Part shown: positions 58,974 through 64,000 of the stretch, piece by piece
Layout of the letters: each line of letters starts with the position of its first letter
Position numbering within the stretch: position 1 is the stretch's first letter
DNA from: Patescibacteria group bacterium
GTDB lineage: Bacteria; Patescibacteriota; Patescibacteriia; JAXHNJ01
Length of the DNA: 64,000 nucleotides
Assembly: GCA_034520665.1 (NCBI GenBank)
Contig: JAXHNJ010000002.1
Span: 608,660-672,659, forward strand
Reading direction: 5' to 3'
The notes under the pieces: model-generated
Told to the model about the DNA's origin: nothing
Database searches by the model: none
What the model saw: only the letters and a program-made list of their open reading frames with translations
Translations under genes and position numbers: made by a program

Positions 58974-60170
58974 ATGATAAATAAAAATATAAAAATATTA
59001 ACTAAATTAACTTTAGCTTTTAACAGTATTATTTTTTTACTCTTTCCTTTTATAATACTTTAGCTCAAGAAGGAGGCGTCAGCGAACGAAATCCGGAGAA
59101 AAAGGAAATACCAGTAAGATTTGAAAATACCAAAAATCGACTAAAACCCTGTGATGAAAACGGGAAAATTTGCTGGTAGTTACTGTGCTCAATAACTTTG
59201 GCGAATTGCTGTGTCAGTTTTTCTGACGGGTTTGCTGGAGCAGTGTGTTTGCCGCTGTCATGATTGTCTTTGCTGGTTTGAAATCGATTACTGCAGCGGC
59301 AATGTCCACCAAAATAGAAAAAGCCAAAGCCACTTTAAACGGCGCTTTAATAGGTCTGGTTTTAACCTTAGGGGCTTTTGTTTTACTTGATCTAGCCCGG
59401 CCTTGGTCCGCTTTAAACTTTTGCCCTTGATCTAATATATCAAAAAATGTTTTAGATACTTTTTATTGCAGGGTCTACAAATCGAGATAGATAGATCACA
59501 CCACATTTTGCTTGCTGGTACAAGTTATGGTATTCCTAAAAGTGTCCAGGATGAAGTGGGTTATAATAAATATTATTGTTGTGGTAGTGTCTGTAGTGAC
59601 TGTTTGATGAGGAGGGTAACCCACGAATTTGCGCTAATGATGTAACTATGGTGGGTGAAGATTGTCCTTCTTTATTGTTCTGACCCACAAAAATCATGTG
59701 AGGAAGCTAATAAAGATGAGCGTCAGAAAATTGAACTCGACATATTGGAAAAAAATAAAATAACTGATTATAAATGTAGTAAGGATAGACCGGTATTTCC
59801 TCCGACTCCTGTGCTTATGTTGAAAATAGTAGAAAATCCTTGTGAAGGAAATTGGAAAAGAATAAATTGTAGTTTTAAAGGTAGAATATTCTGGAGAAGT
59901 AGAAACAGCTTGTTGGGATAGAGTGGAAGGATTATTGTACAACGATGAAAGAGTATAGATATCGATAATGGTGTTGCGTTTTATTGAAAGAAAATACATT
60001 TTTTGCCAAGAAGAGTTATGTATGGAGATGTTTGAAGAAAAGATATTATACAGATAGATTGCTATAATAGTTGTATAATACAATGGAGAAAGTTATACAG
60101 TATGTCAGGGACGACTATGGAAAATTGTAGTTCAATATTACGCACTAATTTATTGTGGAAAAAATTTAAA
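58974..60170 (+). pseudogene. Pilin (VirB2/TrbC-like) + Cys-rich gene A, indel-riddled copy
   Basis: Mirror of 63037-64000; fragments FAAVMIVFAG...KIEKAKATLNGALIGLVL. Confidence 0.6.
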
Positions 60171-60342
60171 GATAAAAAGTAAATATTATTAATAGGAACC
60201 TAAGTTAAAAAGAAATTCACCACTTTATGTGGAGAAAATCCTTGTGGATCAAGTACATCTGCCAGTGCGCCAATGGATATTTGGCTGTATGGATGTTAAC
60301 TTATATGTTAAAAAAATACAATTTTTCCTAATTTAAATACAA

Positions 60343-61480
60343 GATGAAAAATAGCTAAATAATTTTTACCCATCAATTTTCCGTTTTGTTATTTATTCAG
60401 ATTTTTAGTCAGGAAGAAGGAGCTGATACAGAAGTGGTTAAAAGGATATTAGAGTCTACAAATTCCTGGTTAACCAAAAAAATGTATCCCATACTTCGAC
60501 CCGCTGATTATTGTGTCAATAACTTTGGCCATCACACTATAGAATTTCACCAGCTCGCAGCGGCGCACCCCCTTTGCCGGCACTGCCAGTGCACGCCACT
60601 CGAAAAGTGAGAAAAAGCCAAACTTGATTTTAAACGGCGCTTTAATGGGTTCGCTTTAGGGCTTTCGTTTTACTTACACTTACCCCAGCCTCTGGTCCAA
60701 CTTTTGCCCTTGTCTAATATATCAAAAAATGTTTTAGATAATTTCATTGCAAAAATAATTCCCGCATAACTCAATATAGTTACCCATATTTTGCTTGTGG
60801 GCAAGATACTATATTCCTAAAAGTGTCAATATAAAAAAGCAGTTATGGTAATTCATATTGTCGTAGTGAATGCGATTCCGACTGTAAGAAAATAACTTTG
60901 GGGAGAACGGCAAAAAATTGAAAAGGATTGTCCTTTTAAAATTGTTGAATCTTATATTTATGCGATGAAGCTGATGATGAAAAAATGCGAAGGATGCTGT
61001 TATCGGCTAAAAAATCAGGAAATAAAATCAAGCTGCCGTAGTAATTACAAGGGTTTTGGAAATAATGGACTGCCGAATTTTCAAAAACACGTGGTACGAG
61101 GATAACCTAATATTTGAAGTTACCTTTTACAAGATTGATGGAAAAGTTGTGAAAGAAGTTACTGATATAAGAATAGATTGTGAGTGGTGGTACCAAATGC
61201 TTGACTCTGATAATAATAAATCACAAGATAATTTATAATTCTGACAAAATTTTTGTACTATTTTTGTATAGCTCAATACTATTTGTCGTATGAAAAAAAA
61301 AAAAAACAGTAAATTGATTGTTGATCTGGAATGGTTATAGTAAAAAATGAATTTGAGACGCGCGACACCTATATAATCTGAATTTACCACACGAAATACC
61401 AGGTGGCGGCGAGGATTGTTGATTGATATGAATGTCTTTGCTTCAGTCATCATATCAACTATCTTCATTAAAATTCTTTA
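60343..61480 (+). pseudogene. Pilin + Cys-rich gene B, heavily garbled copy
   Basis: Mirror of 61540-62834. Confidence 0.55.
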
Positions 61481-62834
61481 TATCGTCAAATTATTAGCTG
61501 TATTTAGATATAAAAAAATATTTCTCGAATAATTTGACGATATAATCAAGTAAAATTTTAATGAAGATAAGGTCCGAGCACAACAAATATGATCAGCTGG
61601 ACAAAAACATTCATTATTATCAATACAAGCAAGATCCTCGCCGCCACCTTGGTATTTCATATCATTAAATTCCGGGCTATTATAGGTGTCACAGTCTACC
61701 TCAATTTCATTTTTACTATCACATTTCCCAGGATCCCGACAATCAATTTCTGTTTTTAAGGCTTTCATACAACAAATAGTGTCAGCTTCTACGTTAGCCC
61801 GGGAATCACTGCTACAAAAAATTTTGCTAGGAGCTATGAGATATCTTGGTTCATTATTATCAGAGTCCCAACATTGGGTACCGCCACGTTCACAATCTAT
61901 TCTTATATCAGTAACTTCTTCACAGACTTTTTCAGTCAACTCATCTTGTAAAAGATTAACTTCAAATATTCCATTACTACTAGTACCACGTATTTTTGCA
62001 AAACGGCAGTCCATATTCCCAAAACCCTTATTAATTCTACGGCAGCTTGATTTTATTTCTGGATTTTTAGCAATAACAGCATCCACTTCTTGGCATTTTT
62101 CATCATCAGCTTCATCGCATAAATCCTTGGGGTCAAAACAATTTAAAGGACAATCCTTTTTAGAAGTAACGTCATTGGCGCAAATTTTTGGTTCTCCGGA
62201 TTTAGTTTCTACAGTCGGATCACATTCACTACCACAACAATATGATTCACCATAAGCTGCTTTATCCTGGGCACTTTTAGGAATATCATATCTTGTACCA
62301 CAAGCAAAATATGGGTAACTATCTATTGATTCTTTATCCGGGAAATCTTTGCAATAAAAAGTATCTAAAACATTTTTTGATATATTAGACAAGGGCAAAA
62401 GTTTAAAGCGGACCAAGGCTGGGTTAATAGTATTAAGTAAAACAAAAGCCCCTAAGGTTAAAACCAGACCCATTAAAGCGCCGTTTAAAGTGGCTTTGGC
62501 TTTTTCTATTTTGGTGGCATTGCCGCTGGCAGTAATCCACTGGAAACCAGCAAAGACAATCATGACAGCGGCAAAGATACCGGCCGCTCGAGCAAACCAT
62601 TGGTAAAACTGTATAATATAATCGCCAAAGTTATTGACACAATAATCACAGGTAGAGGTATTACAATCGGGATCACATTTTTTGGTTAAGCCGGGAATTT
62701 GTAAATTTACTTTAATCTGTTTTTCACCCAACTTCTGTATCACTTCCTTCTTCCTGAGCTAAAACTTGCCCTGAATAAAATAACAAAACGGAAAAAATTG
62801 ATAGGATTAAGATTATTTTAGCTATTTTTTTCAT
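61478..62834 (-). CDS. Pilin (VirB2/TrbC-like) domain fused to Cys-rich extracellular domain, gene B
   Basis: ATG 62834 with signal peptide and one frameshift near 62740; 'AAVMIVFAGFQWITASGNATKIEKAK..L.GAL.GLVL......LLNTINPALV'; 3' end crosses the fold-back centre and is unreliable. Confidence 0.75.
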
Positions 62835-63036
62835 CTTATTATTTAATTAGGAAAAATATTATTTTCATTTTTAACATATAAGTTAACATCCATACAGCAA
62901 TGTCCATTAGGCACAATACTGCAATCAGTAGCACTGGCAGATGCACTTGATCCACAAGGATTTTCTCCACATAAAGCCGATAATGAGTAAAATTCTTTTT
63001 AATTTTGGGTTCATATTAATAATATTTACTTATATT

Positions 63037-64000
63037 TTAATTTTTCCACAATAAATTAGTGCGCATCCAACAATTTGAACTACAATTTTCAGTAGTGTTG
63101 TCGTAATAGGTACCTGACATACTATTATAACTTTCTCCATTGTCTAAAATATCACTATCACAATCTATCTGTATAATATCTTTTTCTTCCCAAACATCTC
63201 CCATACTCGAGTAAGGTTTTTCTTCTTGGCAAAATATATTTTCTTTAGGAAATAGAGCGCAACACCATTTATCAATATCTCCTACTCTTTCATCATTTGT
63301 ACAATAATCCCTTGGCTCATCTTTATCCCAACAAGCTGTTTCTACTTCTCCAGAATATTCTCCTTTAAAACTACAATTTATTCTTTTCCAATTTCCTTCA
63401 CAAGGATTTTCTACTATTTCAACATAAGCACAGGAGTCAAAGGAAAGACCGGGTCTATCCTTACTACATTTATAATCAGTTATTTTATTTTTTTCCAATA
63501 TGTCGTCAATTTTATAACACTCATCTTTATTAGCTTCCTCACATAATTTTTGTGGGTCAAAACAATTTAAAGGACAATCTTCACCCACCATAGTTACATC
63601 ATTAGCACAAATTTGTGGGTTACCCTCCTCATCAACATCACTACAGACACTACCACAACAATAAGATTCACCATAACCCACTTCATCCTGGACACTTTTA
63701 GGAATATCATAACTTGTACCACAAGCAAAATGTGGTATTATCTATCGATCTCGATCCGGAAACCCTGCAATAAAAGTATCTAAAACATTTTTTTATATAT
63801 TAGACAAGGCAAAAGTTTAAAGCGGACCAAGGCCGGGTTAATAGTATTAAGTAAAACAAAAGCCCCTAAGGTTAAAACCAGACCGATTAAAGCGCCGTTT
63901 AAAGTGGCTTTGGCTTTTTCTATTTTGGTGGCATTGCCGCTGGCAGTAATCCACTGGAAACCAGCAAAGACAATCATGACAGCGGCAAAGATACCGGCCG
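63037..64000 (-). CDS. Pilin + Cys-rich gene A (partial, 5' beyond window, frameshifts near 63.7-63.8 kb)
   Basis: ORFs 63780-63977 and 63037-63681 are consecutive parts, colinear with gene B. Confidence 0.7.

Larger units (their letters stand above)
59235..64000. repeat. Large fold-back inverted duplication centred near 61510
   Basis: Left arm ~59235-61495 is a degraded reverse complement of 61528-64000; innermost pair ttatatcgtcaaattatt/aataatttgacgatataa. Confidence 0.9.

Noticed and set aside
59235-61495. Diversified pilin copies as DGR or antigenic-variation cassettes
   Set aside because: Differences are indel-dominated, not adenine-specific, no reverse transcriptase is present, and the mirror symmetry fits a fold-back read
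1-64000. Alternative genetic code (TGA=Gly) and CRISPR arrays
   Set aside because: Long genes are intact under code 11, and no repeat-spacer array was seen

Overview
AT-rich bacterial chromosomal segment read in genetic code 11. Gene content points to a Patescibacteria/CPR organism, probably ABY1/Parcubacteria-like (inference from NUDIX-fused LeuS, stand-alone PPDK N-domain, archaeal-type Cmk, and PrgI/VirB4/VirB6/pilin genes mixed with housekeeping genes). Layout: (1) 1-3.9 kb, an array of small secreted/membrane genes. (2) 4.0-5.6 kb, a tRNA locus with intact tRNA-His and tRNA-Arg(UCU). The tRNA-Arg lies inside an insertion in the anticodon of a second tRNA-Arg, and several further tRNA relics are split by short GC-rich palindromes. 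(3) A catalytically dead Xer-like gene, rpsO-NYN-hyp-pnp-cmk, a promoter-driven structured ~350-nt ncRNA candidate, and a large FG-GAP surface protein. (4) dksA-like/lspA/comM plus a displaced comM fragment with cargo genes. (5) LysM-M23, leuS (in-frame palindromes and a NUDIX insert), and small housekeeping genes to rsmA. (6) 34-64 kb, a chromosomal T4SS-like cluster with two giant Cys-rich secreted proteins, VirB6-, PrgI-, VirB4- and VirB8-like genes, and pilin/Cys-rich paralogues, interrupted by a REP-damaged RAYT transposase, nnrD and a PPDK N-domain gene. From ~58.7 kb the sequence is error-rich, and 59.2-64 kb is a fold-back inverted duplication that is most likely a long-read artefact. 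All protein calls come from motif recognition by eye, with no database search.
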